Positions 1 through 8,602 of a stretch of DNA of 10,801 nucleotides are shown one piece after another. The notes under the pieces were generated by a model. That model was not told where the DNA came from. It ran no database searches and saw only the letters and a program-made list of their open reading frames with translations. Position 1 is the first letter of the stretch, and each line of letters opens with the position of its first letter. The position numbers were made by a program, and so were the translations under genes. Origin of the DNA: a virus (taxonomy: Duplodnaviria > Heunggongvirae > Uroviricota > Caudoviricetes); the IMG/VR virus record IMGVR_UViG_2778261086_000004; one strand, given 5' to 3'.

Positions 1-675
1 ATGTTAATTTTCCAGATTGCCAATAAGCACCTCAGCAAAACTGTTTACTGCAAAGGTGGCAGTGATGGCGGTTCAAAAGCCCAGGCACGCGCAACTGAAA
101 AGGGCATCGAATTGCAACGTGAAATGTGGCAGACGAACATGCAGAACCTTGCACCGTTCACGCCACTCGCTCAGCAGTACGTATCAGAGTTGCAAAATCT
201 TTCCTCTCTTCAGGGGCAAGGTCAGGCTCTTAACCAGTATTACAACTCTCAGCAGTATAAAGACCTTGCAGGGCAGGCGCGCTATCAGAGTCTGGCAGCA
301 GCAGAGGCAACGGGTGGATTAGGCTCTACAGCAACAGGAAACCAGTTAGCAGCAATCGCACCTACACTCGGTCAAAACTGGCTGTCAGGTCAGATGAACA
401 ACTACAACAATCTGGCAAATATCGGCCTTGGTGCTCTTACAGGTCAGGCAAATGCCGGACAGAACTACGCTAACAACGTCAGCCAATTGTATCAACAGCA
501 GGCGGCAGCATCTGCGGCGAATGCTAACCGACCATCAGGACTGCAATCAGCCTTGGGAGGTGCCATGAGCGGTGCGGCATCAGGGGCGATGATTGGCTCT
601 GTGGTGCCAGGAATAGGTACGGCTGTTGGCGCTATTGGTGGCGGCATTATCGGTGGTCTTGGATCATTGTTTTAA
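1..675 (+). CDS. P22 gp7-like ejection (internal virion) protein; Gln/Ala/Gly/Asn-rich; N-terminus may lie at or just beyond the window edge
   Basis: 224-aa ORF ending TAA at 673-675, directly upstream of two ORFs whose sizes match P22 gp20 and gp16 (P22 gp7 is about 229 aa from memory). Low-complexity composition; assignment by synteny and size, not alignment. Confidence 0.6.
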   Translation: MLIFQIANKHLSKTVYCKGGSDGGSKAQARATEKGIELQREMWQTNMQNLAPFTPLAQQYVSELQNLSSLQGQGQALNQYYNSQQYKDLAGQARYQSLAAAEATGGLGSTATGNQLAAIAPTLGQNWLSGQMNNYNNLANIGLGALTGQANAGQNYANNVSQLYQQQAAASAANANRPSGLQSALGGAMSGAASGAMIGSVVPGIGTAVGAIGGGIIGGLGSLF

Positions 676-684
676 GGTGGGAAT

Positions 685-2097
685 ATGGCTACTTGGCAAC
701 AAGGAATCAACTCAGGCGGCTTTCTTGCTGGTATCGGTGGGCAAAACTCAAATGCGCCAAAGGCAAGTGATGTAAGTGAGGCGTTGGCCTATATTCGCCA
801 GAACAACGAAATGGAGCGCTCAGGTCGCAATAACATCGGCCTTCAGGCGTTGCAGGGGCTTGGTAGTGTCGCTCAAACATATCAAGCCGCAAAGCAACAG
901 GAAGCGGATGCTGCATTCCAAAAAGAATATGCGGCAGCCATCCAGTCAGGTGATCGGCAGCAGGTGCGAGATCTGATGACCAAATATCCTGGTCAATTAG
1001 AGAAGATTCAGTCTGGTATGAAGTGGGCAGACGAAGACCAGCGCAATTCTATCGGCACCTTAGCGGCTGGCGCACGCCTTGCTGCCTCGTCTCCAGAAGC
1101 AATGCAATCATGGCTGCAAAACAACGCCAAGGAACTGACTCGCGTCGGTGTTGACCCTAATAACGTTGCTCAGATGTATCAGCAGAATCCTTCAGGATTT
1201 GGTGAGTTTGTTGATCACCTTGGAATGGCTGCGCTTGGTCCGATTGATTACTTCAATGTTCAGGACAAGATGGTTGGTCGTGAGATTGACCGAGGCAGGC
1301 TGGCAGAGACAATCCGCAGCAATCAGGCTGGCGAGGCACTTCAGGCGAGAGGGCAAAACCTTTCCTATCAGTCAGCAATGACTGGGCACAATATCGCAGC
1401 ACAACGTTTGGCTCTGGATCAGCAAGAGTTCGGGTTTAAGATGCAGCAAGCGCAGGAAAAGGCTCAGCAGTTGATTAGCGAAGCACCTAAGCTGTCAGTA
1501 AACATGGAAAAAGGCATCGAGACGGCTGTAAACAATGCCACAGCATCATCAAACTCAGCCAATTCCATGAGTGCGCTTGCTCAACAGTTTAGAGCAGAAA
1601 AACCAACGACAGGTTTGTTCGGTAACGCACAGAACATGTTCGCAAAACTTACCGGAAGCGATACGACATTGCGTGATTTGCGCATTCGCCAAAATGCCCT
1701 TGTTAACAGTCAGGTTCTTAAATTCCTACCTCCCGGCCCAGCAACGGATAAAGACGTTGAGATCGTTCGACAGGGTGCGCCAACTGACATGGATAACCCT
1801 GAGACGGTCGCAAGATGGCTTGATGCAATGGCAAACCTTGAGCGACGAAACGCGCAGTTTAATGAGTTTAAAGCCGAGTGGATGAGCGCGAATGGCAACC
1901 CTGGACAATCGCGTAATGGCGGTCAGATATTGGGGTTGGATGTTAAAAAAGGTGAATCATTGGGGAGTGCCGTTAAGCGGTATATGTCAATGAATACTGA
2001 CGCAGCGCCAGCACAAGATTCGACACCTTCAGGAGAACCACGGAATCAGGTTGGATCATATACCTCAAAATCAGGCATTCAATTTACGGTGGAATGA
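685..2097 (+). CDS. P22 gp20-like ejection protein
   Basis: 470-aa ORF (P22 gp20 is about 471 aa); SD-like AAGGTGG at 674-680 before ATG 685; stop overlaps the next start (ATGA at 2094-2097), indicating translational coupling. Confidence 0.7.
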   Translation: MATWQQGINSGGFLAGIGGQNSNAPKASDVSEALAYIRQNNEMERSGRNNIGLQALQGLGSVAQTYQAAKQQEADAAFQKEYAAAIQSGDRQQVRDLMTKYPGQLEKIQSGMKWADEDQRNSIGTLAAGARLAASSPEAMQSWLQNNAKELTRVGVDPNNVAQMYQQNPSGFGEFVDHLGMAALGPIDYFNVQDKMVGREIDRGRLAETIRSNQAGEALQARGQNLSYQSAMTGHNIAAQRLALDQQEFGFKMQQAQEKAQQLISEAPKLSVNMEKGIETAVNNATASSNSANSMSALAQQFRAEKPTTGLFGNAQNMFAKLTGSDTTLRDLRIRQNALVNSQVLKFLPPGPATDKDVEIVRQGAPTDMDNPETVARWLDAMANLERRNAQFNEFKAEWMSANGNPGQSRNGGQILGLDVKKGESLGSAVKRYMSMNTDAAPAQDSTPSGEPRNQVGSYTSKSGIQFTVE

Positions 2098-3923
2098 TGA
2101 AAGTAACTGCAAACGGTAAGACATTTACCTTCCCTGATGGTACGAGCACGGAAGATATTGGCACCGCCATTGATGAGTATTTTGCTGGTCAGGCTGTTCA
2201 GCAAAAAACAGTTAATCAGGACAATAATGCACCAACACGGGAAGAACCATCATTGATGCAACAAGCTGGCGATTGGCTCACTGGTGGTCAAAGTGCAGGG
2301 CAAATTGCAGAACAGGCTGGTCGTGGTCTGGTAAACATACCATTTGACGTATTGCAGGGTGGCGCAAGTCTGATTAATGCAATCAGTCAGGGGCTTGGTG
2401 GGCCAAAAGTATTGGATGATGTCTATCGTCCAGTCGATAGACCGACAGACCCTTATGCGCAAGCTGGAGAAACAATTGGCGGGTATTTAGTTCCAGGAGT
2501 TGGAACGGCAGGAAGCATGGCTATTGGATCACTGGCAGAGGCCGCAAATCAGAAAGGCGATTTCGCACAAAATGCAGCTAAAAATGCCGGAGTTAACCTT
2601 GCCGCTCAGGGGGTTCTTTCCGCAGCCGCAAAGGGAATAGGGCGTGGAATAACGGCTATAAAAGGTGATATTGCGCCAGAAGTGGCGAAGAAAATTGCCA
2701 CATCAGAATCGATGGGCGTGACACCAATGACATCTGATGTAATCCCGCCGAAAAATGCTTTCACTCGTGGCCTTACTCAGGATGCTGAGGGGGCTTTGCT
2801 CGGGACAGGATCAAAGAGAGCGGAGCAGTATGCAAAAAGAAGTCAGCTAGTTAAAAAACAGCTTGAGAAATATGGTGAATATAGCCCATCAGTTGTTGTT
2901 GACGATCTGTATGGTTCTCTGAAGTCAAGGAAGGATTCGGCCGGAAGCGTTATTGAAGACATTACAACCAAAATGGGAGACACACCTGTTGACACATCAA
3001 AATCTATTAAGGTTATCGACAACGTACTTACAAGAGCTAACAGGCTTGGGAAAGTGGCAAATAAGAATTTGATTCGCGGGTTATCCGATTTGCGAGAAGA
3101 ACTTGCTAAACCAGATATAGATTTTGGTCTATTGAGAGAGTTGCGGTCAGCCTTGAGGGAAAGTATTCAGGGAGATGCCATGGTTTTTCCTAATAGCGCG
3201 AAAGCCTCAACTGATGCCGTGGAGAGGGCAATGGGGGCAGATTTGAGGAATAACGCAGCGCGGTATTTGGGGGCTGGAGAGGCCGCCAGATACGTCAAAG
3301 CAAACTCTGACTACTCCAACGTCTTCAATAAAGTTCTCAATAAAAGGATTGCGAATAATCTCAACAAAGCTAAAAAAGAGTTTACTCCAGAGCTAATAAA
3401 CAGCGTTGTATTCAGCAGAAAACCATCAGATATTAAGAGGATATGGCCTACTCTTAGTGAAGATGGAAAGAACGCTATGCGTGCTGCTTATATCAGCAAG
3501 ATTGCAGAAAAAGCAGGAGACTCGCCAACAAAATTTCTTACCGAGTTAAATAAGTTGAAGTCGCAATCTGACGGTCAGATCTATAACACGATATTCAGTG
3601 GGAGACACATGAAAGAGCTTGATGCTCTTCATGAAGTTCTACAGCAAACAGCAAGGTCGGACACCGCAAATGTAGTAACTCAGACGGGGCAATCACAAGC
3701 CAACAGGATAAGGACGATTGGCGCAACTGCGACTCTTGGGGCAACACTGGCGCTTGAATCTGGTTTCGGTGCAATGATGCGCCTGTATGAGTCCAAAGCA
3801 ACGAGGAATGCGCTCTTACGTCTGGCAAACACTAAAGCTGGAACGCCAGCCTATGAAAGAGCGCTGAATAACGCTGCGAATGCCATCAGGCCGCTGCTTG
3901 CCACTGAGGCAACACAGCAGTAA
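2094..3923 (+). CDS. P22 gp16-like ejection protein
   Basis: 609-aa ORF, the same length as P22 gp16; start overlaps the stop of the preceding gene; last gene of the ejection-protein trio in P22-like gene order. Confidence 0.7.
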   Translation: MMKVTANGKTFTFPDGTSTEDIGTAIDEYFAGQAVQQKTVNQDNNAPTREEPSLMQQAGDWLTGGQSAGQIAEQAGRGLVNIPFDVLQGGASLINAISQGLGGPKVLDDVYRPVDRPTDPYAQAGETIGGYLVPGVGTAGSMAIGSLAEAANQKGDFAQNAAKNAGVNLAAQGVLSAAAKGIGRGITAIKGDIAPEVAKKIATSESMGVTPMTSDVIPPKNAFTRGLTQDAEGALLGTGSKRAEQYAKRSQLVKKQLEKYGEYSPSVVVDDLYGSLKSRKDSAGSVIEDITTKMGDTPVDTSKSIKVIDNVLTRANRLGKVANKNLIRGLSDLREELAKPDIDFGLLRELRSALRESIQGDAMVFPNSAKASTDAVERAMGADLRNNAARYLGAGEAARYVKANSDYSNVFNKVLNKRIANNLNKAKKEFTPELINSVVFSRKPSDIKRIWPTLSEDGKNAMRAAYISKIAEKAGDSPTKFLTELNKLKSQSDGQIYNTIFSGRHMKELDALHEVLQQTARSDTANVVTQTGQSQANRIRTIGATATLGATLALESGFGAMMRLYESKATRNALLRLANTKAGTPAYERALNNAANAIRPLLATEATQQ

Positions 3924-3940
3924 CTAAATGCCATGGATGG

Positions 3941-4228
3941 CTATTTTTTAGTGTAATAATCATCAAAATCGCAAGAAACAGATATCACAAAACCTGAAGT
4001 CATAGAAAAAGACAGGGTTTCACATGCCTTTCCGGCTTGATGGTATGCATTGATGCCACCGTATACGGATTCTCTTGATGAAAACAATGATTTTTCACCG
4101 TTTTTTTCTACAAGAATATGCCCATCTGAATCATTAATAAACCAAACAGAAATAGAGGAGCTTTCGCCAAGGAATGTTCTGTTGAATACCATGGGGGATT
4201 TACCCTTGACAACATTTTCTGCGCGCAT
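3941..4228 (-). CDS. Hypothetical protein, 95 aa, no recognised domain
   Basis: Minus-strand ORF whose ATG (4228-4226) lies 2 nt after the TGA of the upstream minus-strand small ORF (TGAttATG). AT-rich region; sequence looks protein-like but I recognise no homolog. Confidence 0.4.
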   Translation of the reverse strand: MRAENVVKGKSPMVFNRTFLGESSSISVWFINDSDGHILVEKNGEKSLFSSRESVYGGINAYHQAGKACETLSFSMTSGFVISVSCDFDDYYTKK

Positions 4229-4230
4229 AA

Positions 4231-4389
4231 TCAGCTCAGCATTTTTTTGCTATTTTTTTGTTCTGTATAGATTTTGTCTGCCACAAAATAAACAATGGCA
4301 ATGGCTAACAAAGATAGGGAAATCAGCAATGCCTTTTTAATCAATTTTTTGGCATCCCTGTAAATCTCAATTGATAATTTTTCACTCAC
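4231..4389 (-). CDS. Hypothetical small single-pass membrane protein (about 52 aa) from a GTG start
   Basis: Strong SD AGGAGG (rc of 4395-4400) 5 nt upstream of in-frame GTG (4389-4387). Predicted TM helix ALLISLSLLAIAIVYFV flanked by Lys-rich segments. The longer 124-aa reading (4231..4605) overlaps the plus-strand gene and its N-terminal part looks non-coding. Confidence 0.35.
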   Translation of the reverse strand: MSEKLSIEIYRDAKKLIKKALLISLSLLAIAIVYFVADKIYTEQKNSKKMLS

Positions 4390-4419
4390 ACCAACCTCCT
4401 TAGTTTTGAGCAGGATACC

Positions 4420-4785
4420 ATGAAAAAAGTTAACATTGGAAACGTACCAAAGATGCTCGTTCCGCTTTTTGAGAGCGGTACAATTGTGTTTTGTAGAGAC
4501 TTTCCAGAATGGCAACGCCTGCATCAAAAACTTGGCGTTGACGTGCAGGACTCGGACGCCAACGGAGCGTCTCATACAATGAGCAGCGAGAATGGTGTTT
4601 TGCATGTGATAGGTGTGTTCAATGGCAAACTATCTACTATTGCCCATGAGTGCGCTCACATGGCATTCGATATCTGCTCAAGGGTAGGTGTTGATGTTGA
4701 ACCAGGAAGAGCCAACGAGACTTACTGCTACTTAATGAGCAGGCTTGTTGAGTTCTGCGAGCGACATATCAAAAAGCCGGAGTGA
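4420..4785 (+). CDS. Hypothetical protein, 121 aa, with HExxH (HECAH) zinc-metallopeptidase-like motif
   Basis: ORF with AGGA at 4412-4415 before ATG 4420; stop TGA sits in the loop of a bidirectional terminator hairpin. Motif IAHECAHMAF in a hydrophobic context resembles a zincin active-site helix; no family assigned. Confidence 0.55.
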   Translation: MKKVNIGNVPKMLVPLFESGTIVFCRDFPEWQRLHQKLGVDVQDSDANGASHTMSSENGVLHVIGVFNGKLSTIAHECAHMAFDICSRVGVDVEPGRANETYCYLMSRLVEFCERHIKKPE

Positions 4786-4798
4786 CCCGGCTTGATTA
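4774..4798. terminator. Bidirectional intrinsic terminator between convergent genes
   Basis: Stem aagccgg (4774-4780), loop agtgac, stem ccggctt (4787-4793); A-run upstream and T-rich tract downstream (gattattactttttgc), so it can terminate both strands. Confidence 0.5.
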
Positions 4799-4978
4799 TT
4801 ACTTTTTGCTGTCTGGAGTTCGCTTATCCAATACCCAGCCATGACCTGGCTTTGTTGTTGGCGGAAGTCTTTCGTTGTCCCTGACGGTGGCAAAATTGTC
4901 CTTCTTACCACCGCGTGGCCCAACTTCCTGGTATATTCCGCCGTTTTTCCCTGTATTTTCACCTGGTTTTTTCGCCAT
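4799..4978 (-). CDS. Small YjzC-like protein (59 aa from MAKKPGENTG...)
   Basis: In the 64-aa ORF 4799..4993 the likely start is the internal ATG at 4978-4976, preceded by GAGGT. Pattern KPGE..G.NGGIY.EVG..G...LPPTT..G.W resembles the YjzC-like small-protein family as I recall it. Confidence 0.55.
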   Translation of the reverse strand: MAKKPGENTGKNGGIYQEVGPRGGKKDNFATVRDNERLPPTTKPGHGWVLDKRTPDSKK

Positions 4979-5014
4979 GATATACCTCAACATACACCCG
5001 TTATTGGGCGATTA

Positions 5015-5043
5015 AATATTGATCTCATTTTATAAGTAGTCAA
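5015..5043 (-). promoter_or_regulatory. Putative sigma70-type promoter for the YjzC-like gene
   Basis: On the minus strand: TTGACT (rc of 5038-5043), 17-bp spacer, AATATT (5015-5020), about 35 nt upstream of the ATG at 4978. Sequence inspection only. Confidence 0.25.
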
Positions 5044-5070
5044 TATGGCCCAGGTAAATGCAAAAATTAA

Positions 5071-5092
5071 CCCACCTTCAGGTGGGTTTTTT
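5071..5092 (+). terminator. Intrinsic terminator (cccacc-ttca-ggtggg plus T6)
   Basis: Perfect 6-bp GC-rich stem with 4-nt loop followed by TTTTTTGT; an A-rich run upstream gives some bidirectional potential. Confidence 0.55.
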
Positions 5093-5144
5093 GTACAAAT
5101 CCTTCAGCCAGTACATAACTACTGACAGATAACCAACGCAACGA

Positions 5145-5167
5145 CCCAGCTTCGGCTGGGTTTTTTT
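5145..5167 (+). terminator. Intrinsic terminator (cccagc-ttcg-gctggg plus T7)
   Basis: 6-bp stem, tetraloop ttcg, followed by TTTTTTTAT; second of two tandem terminators upstream of the tailspike gene. Confidence 0.55.
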
Positions 5168-5173
5168 ATGCCC

Positions 5174-5193
5174 AAAATTCACCGTGTCCACGC
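5174..5193. repeat. Copy 1 of a 20-bp direct repeat (AAAATTCACCGTgtCCAcGC)
   Basis: Matches 5285-5304 (AAAATTCACCGTagCCAtGC) at 17 of 20 positions, about 111 bp apart, flanking the 23-bp palindrome. Confidence 0.4.
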
Positions 5194-5216
5194 TTAGGTA
5201 ATGAGCTTGAAGGAGA

Positions 5217-5239
5217 GCACTACACAAAAAGTGTAGTGC
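5217..5239. promoter_or_regulatory. 23-bp perfect palindrome GCACTACAC-AAAAA-GTGTAGTGC; candidate operator or RNA structure
   Basis: 9-bp perfect inverted repeat with 5-bp A spacer about 100 bp upstream of the tailspike start; no T-tract on either side, so it is unlikely to be a terminator. Confidence 0.4.
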
Positions 5240-5284
5240 AAAAAGCGAACAAAATAACTTCCTAAAAAGTTGTTTTATCACAAA

Positions 5285-5304
5285 AAAATTCACCGTAGCC
5301 ATGC
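5285..5304. repeat. Copy 2 of the 20-bp direct repeat
   Basis: See copy 1; lies about 30 bp upstream of the tailspike start codon. Confidence 0.4.
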
Positions 5305-5336
5305 TGCGGCGATTCCTTGTATCTGGAGCAAATTAA

Positions 5337-7103
5337 ATGACAGATTCGATAAATGCCAATGTTGTAGTGAGTATGCCTTCGCAACTCTTCACTATGGCGC
5401 GTTCTTTTAAAGCCGTTGCCAATGGAAAAATTTATATCGGTAAAATTGATACTGACCCGGTAAATCCAGAAAACCAGATTCAGGTTTATATGGAGAACGA
5501 AGACGGCTCTCACGTTCCTGTTTCGCAACCAATCATCATTAACGCTGCTGGTTATCCGGTATATAACGGACAGATTGCAAAGTTCGTTACCGTACAGGGA
5601 CATTCAATGGCTGTGTATGACGCATATGGCACACAGCAGTTCTACTATCCAAACATTCTCAAGTATGACCCGGACCAGTTCCGGCATGAGCTAGAGGGAG
5701 AGTTTGCAAGCGGGGCATTCCCTGAAACAGTAAAGTATAAGTATGGATTACCATCTGTTGTTGATGGTGCTGTCTTCAGGAATGTACAAGAAAAGCTGGA
5801 TGATTTTGTATTTTTGGAAGACTTTGGTGGCAAAGACGATTCTGGAATAACAGATAATAGCATAGCCTTTCAGAAGGCATTCGCTTCAGGCGCAAGAAAA
5901 ATTCACTTGAAAGGTTCTGGCATATATGGAATGAAGACCAGAGACATTGAGCTTCCAGCAAAATATGAAATTATTGGTAATGCAAAAAATCCAGAGATTA
6001 AATATCTAGGTTCTGATTCAACCTTCACTATGTTTACCCTTACAGGGTCTGGCCCGGCTTCTAGTCAGTGGAAACAGGGTGGCATATTCCGAGATGTAGT
6101 CATATCATCCGACGTGCTGATTAACTGGATTGTTTGTCGTCATGTCCAGAACTTAGAGTTTGATCGGGTGTTTTTCTATAACGCACAAACTACTATGAAC
6201 AACTACCATTACTTTAACTTCTTCCGGTGCGAACGTTGGGGTAGTCCATTCTTGGGGCGTGCGGATTTAAATACTGTGGAGTTCATCAGCGAATCACCTA
6301 AGTTTCTTATGTGTTTCAGTTCTAACTCTCCGATTGACGTATGGGATACCGCCGATTTATATATCAGCCAATGTACGATGTTTGTTGGAGATTACGCGGT
6401 AAGGACACGCACAACACTTGGTGGGATGGGTGGAACAGACCAATTCGCGGGTTATCCGGTTATAATTTCAAATAGCGTTTTCGATGCCATCAACGGCCCT
6501 GCTTTCGATATGGAGAGTCTAGCTTACGCTACCATCAGCGGTAACATTATTAGTGCTGGGAGGCCGAACAATGCTCGTGGGATACATATTAAAGGTGCTA
6601 GAAACCTGGCATTTACGGGAAATACTATCACCTACTGTGGTGAGTTTGGTATGGTGTTGGAAAATGCTGAACAATGCTCTTTGTCGAATAATATATACAA
6701 CGGAAATAAGACTGGCGGGCTATCGTTGGTAAATTGCAAAGAGGTATCTGTCATTGGCGGTGCTATGGGTACATCTTATATCCGGGGTGGTTACTACGTG
6801 CAACCACTGGGGATTACAGACCCCGGCGATAACTGTAACGGCATAACCATCAATGGCGTTTCTTTCGATAGCGATATGACAACCAAGATTTACCTTAATA
6901 CATCGGAAGAGCGCAAAAACCGTATTATAGCTTGTCTAGGTGTTAATGATACTCCGACGACTTATCAGAACAGGGGGTCTACCGCGCAGCGCCCTACAGC
7001 ACCAGTCAGTGGGCAGATGTATTATGATACAACGCTAGGTCTTCCAATATGGTATAACACAGTATCATCTGAATGGAAGAGGGCGGATGGTACAAGTGTA
7101 TGA
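5337..7103 (+). CDS. Tailspike protein: P22 gp9-type N-terminal head-binding domain fused to a divergent beta-helix receptor-binding domain
   Basis: 588 aa; GGAG at 5325-5328. The first roughly 110 residues ([12 protein letters not shown]...[26 protein letters not shown]...[13 protein letters not shown]...LKYDPDQ) closely match the P22 tailspike N-terminus from memory. The remainder has beta-helix-like repeats (ISGNII, FTGNTI, LSNNIY) but is not P22-like. Confidence 0.9.
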   Translation: MTDSINANVVVSMPSQLFTMARSFKAVANGKIYIGKIDTDPVNPENQIQVYMENEDGSHVPVSQPIIINAAGYPVYNGQIAKFVTVQGHSMAVYDAYGTQQFYYPNILKYDPDQFRHELEGEFASGAFPETVKYKYGLPSVVDGAVFRNVQEKLDDFVFLEDFGGKDDSGITDNSIAFQKAFASGARKIHLKGSGIYGMKTRDIELPAKYEIIGNAKNPEIKYLGSDSTFTMFTLTGSGPASSQWKQGGIFRDVVISSDVLINWIVCRHVQNLEFDRVFFYNAQTTMNNYHYFNFFRCERWGSPFLGRADLNTVEFISESPKFLMCFSSNSPIDVWDTADLYISQCTMFVGDYAVRTRTTLGGMGGTDQFAGYPVIISNSVFDAINGPAFDMESLAYATISGNIISAGRPNNARGIHIKGARNLAFTGNTITYCGEFGMVLENAEQCSLSNNIYNGNKTGGLSLVNCKEVSVIGGAMGTSYIRGGYYVQPLGITDPGDNCNGITINGVSFDSDMTTKIYLNTSEERKNRIIACLGVNDTPTTYQNRGSTAQRPTAPVSGQMYYDTTLGLPIWYNTVSSEWKRADGTSV

Positions 7104-7107
7104 TAAT

Positions 7108-7132
7108 GCGGGTGCTTAGCACCCGCTTATTT
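7108..7132. terminator. Bidirectional intrinsic terminator between tailspike and gtrC
   Basis: Stem gcgggtgc (7108-7115), loop tta, stem gcacccgc (7119-7126), followed by ttatttaattaatt; sits between convergent stop codons at 7101-7103 and 7135-7137. Confidence 0.55.
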
Positions 7133-7134
7133 AA

Positions 7135-8601
7135 TTAATTGCAGTTGAATGTAATGTTTTTATCGTAAACAAAAATCTTCTTATCTCCGACGTCAATAAC
7201 CTTTGATGGATTACCAATCTCTTTAATTGTTATATTTCTCATAACCTCATCATCTGTAATTATGAAATTTCCTCCGCGCTCATACCAATAGTTTTTTGAC
7301 AACCATTTATTGCATGCAAGTATATTCAAACCTCGGTTTACATCAATCGGAGCAATTGATATGTCTCCATCTATACTTGCTGATGAAGCAAACCAGAAAG
7401 ATGCATACCCGTTTGTGAGGTTATTCTGCCTTACAGTGTGTTTTATCTGATTTATAATATCATTAGAATTGTCTTTTTTTTCATGCATATAAATAGAACA
7501 AAAGAGAATAAATGTTGTAACAACCCCTAATGCGATGAATTTCCACCCTCTGGAGTTGTTAGATCTGCCAATAACAACAGGTGCTAGTATGAAAAATGGA
7601 ACGATATATCTTATAGTCCATTCATCTATTGGACGGTTACTTGCAAGGTATGCTGGTATCATTATAATACAAGCTATACATATAGCCATATTGACCATGG
7701 AGGTTTTGAATATTTCCTTTACTGACATTGCAACTAATATAAGAAGTAAAATCATTACAACAAAACAAAAAACAGAAATAAGCGCTGTAATATCAGAAGG
7801 TGGTTTGCCAAAGAAGAAAGCTCCACTGTATAGGAGGAATCCTTTTACGAATAAGTATAAATTATTCAGGATATCATCAAATGCAACAAATGTTGGATCT
7901 GGAACGCCTGGCAAAATGTACCAGTTATGAGCTCTTGCGTACATGGTCATAATTTTTGATGCAACATATGCAAATATAGTTGCAACTAGTATGATCAGAT
8001 TTTTTTGGCTTTTGGTTTTTACTATAAAAACCACTGATGATATTGCTACTGGTGCAATAATGAGTAGCTTTATGATGTCATCACTGAAACAAGCTAGAAC
8101 TAACACTAAAATATAAAGAGATAGAGAAATTAACGATCTTGTTTTGGAAAAATTGTCTAACATTATGAAGCAAAACAACATGGATACATATGTGCCGACA
8201 TGTATCACAGGTATTAATACGTTTAATACTGCAAACCCAGAAGGCAGCGCAACGCAAAATGAAATGGCCCATAACGATGAAAGCCTTTCTTTTGAAAGAT
8301 AAAATGTCATCAATGTAACCATTGAATACATAATTGCCGGTATGCAGTATGCTTGGTACTGTCCGTACCAGAATACCTTTGAAGCAAGCCCGTACCATAT
8401 TATGTCTGTAAAATAGAATGATACTGTAGAGAGATACCATCCACTAAGCGTCCAATTTCCGTCCGCAATGTCCTTACCCTCAAGAAGTCCAGAAACAGCA
8501 TCCGAACTTGGCAAAATCTGTTTTGAAATCGAGGCGTAGAAGAAAGTCAAGAATATAAATCCAATGATATATATGGCTGTTTTTTTTATATTTAAAGTCA
8601 T
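7135..8601 (-). CDS. gtrC: GtrC-family serotype-specific O-antigen glucosyltransferase (polytopic membrane protein)
   Basis: 488-aa, markedly AT-rich ORF directly downstream of gtrB (TAA, 1 nt, ATG), with many hydrophobic segments; position and architecture typical of the type-specific third gene of gtr operons. Specificity cannot be assigned. Confidence 0.8.
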   Translation of the reverse strand: MTLNIKKTAIYIIGFIFLTFFYASISKQILPSSDAVSGLLEGKDIADGNWTLSGWYLSTVSFYFTDIIWYGLASKVFWYGQYQAYCIPAIMYSMVTLMTFYLSKERLSSLWAISFCVALPSGFAVLNVLIPVIHVGTYVSMLFCFIMLDNFSKTRSLISLSLYILVLVLACFSDDIIKLLIIAPVAISSVVFIVKTKSQKNLIILVATIFAYVASKIMTMYARAHNWYILPGVPDPTFVAFDDILNNLYLFVKGFLLYSGAFFFGKPPSDITALISVFCFVVMILLLILVAMSVKEIFKTSMVNMAICIACIIMIPAYLASNRPIDEWTIRYIVPFFILAPVVIGRSNNSRGWKFIALGVVTTFILFCSIYMHEKKDNSNDIINQIKHTVRQNNLTNGYASFWFASSASIDGDISIAPIDVNRGLNILACNKWLSKNYWYERGGNFIITDDEVMRNITIKEIGNPSKVIDVGDKKIFVYDKNITFNCN

Positions 8602-8602
8602 T

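Noticed and set aside
17-2462. Short ORFs overlapping the ejection-protein genes (17..322, 707..916, 776..976, 1148..1381, 1571..1885, 1710..1908, 2250..2462)
   Set aside because: All lie in alternative frames or antisense within long, well-supported genes; translations are Arg/Cys-rich and non-protein-like.
3595-3828. 77-aa minus-strand ORF inside the gp16-like gene
   Set aside because: Antisense to a long conserved structural gene; no start signals.
3924-3960. Possible terminator between gp16 and the minus-strand 95-aa ORF (gccatggatggc followed by T6)
   Set aside because: The stem is only about 3 bp of true complementarity; the T-tract alone is insufficient to call a terminator.
4050-4340. 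96-aa plus-strand ORF in the AT-rich region
   Set aside because: No RBS, low-complexity junk-like translation, and it overlaps the two minus-strand ORFs that have translational-coupling signals.
4231-4605. 124-aa minus-strand ORF overlapping the 5' half of the HExxH gene
   Set aside because: Its N-terminal two-thirds is antisense to a better-supported plus-strand gene and has an implausible composition (rich in C, H, W); a strong AGGAGG-GTG start at 4389 supports only the C-terminal 52 aa as a real gene.
5174-5304. Direct repeats as a possible CRISPR array or IS terminal repeats
   Set aside because: Only two imperfect copies of 20 bp with a 91-bp unique spacer that contains a palindrome; no third repeat, no cas genes and no transposase, so not a CRISPR or IS element.
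5078-5603. Minus-strand ORFs 5078..5302 (74 aa) and 5262..5603 (113 aa)
   Set aside because: The first spans two terminator hairpins and a palindrome and only its last roughly 15 codons look meaningful (possible mnt remnant, reported as a finding); the second is antisense to the tailspike start and upstream region. Not called as genes.
7535-8440. ORFs 7535..7930 (+) and 8081..8440 (-) inside gtrC
   Set aside because: Antisense or alternative-frame ORFs of the kind AT-rich coding DNA generates; the long GtrC reading frame with coupled start explains the region.
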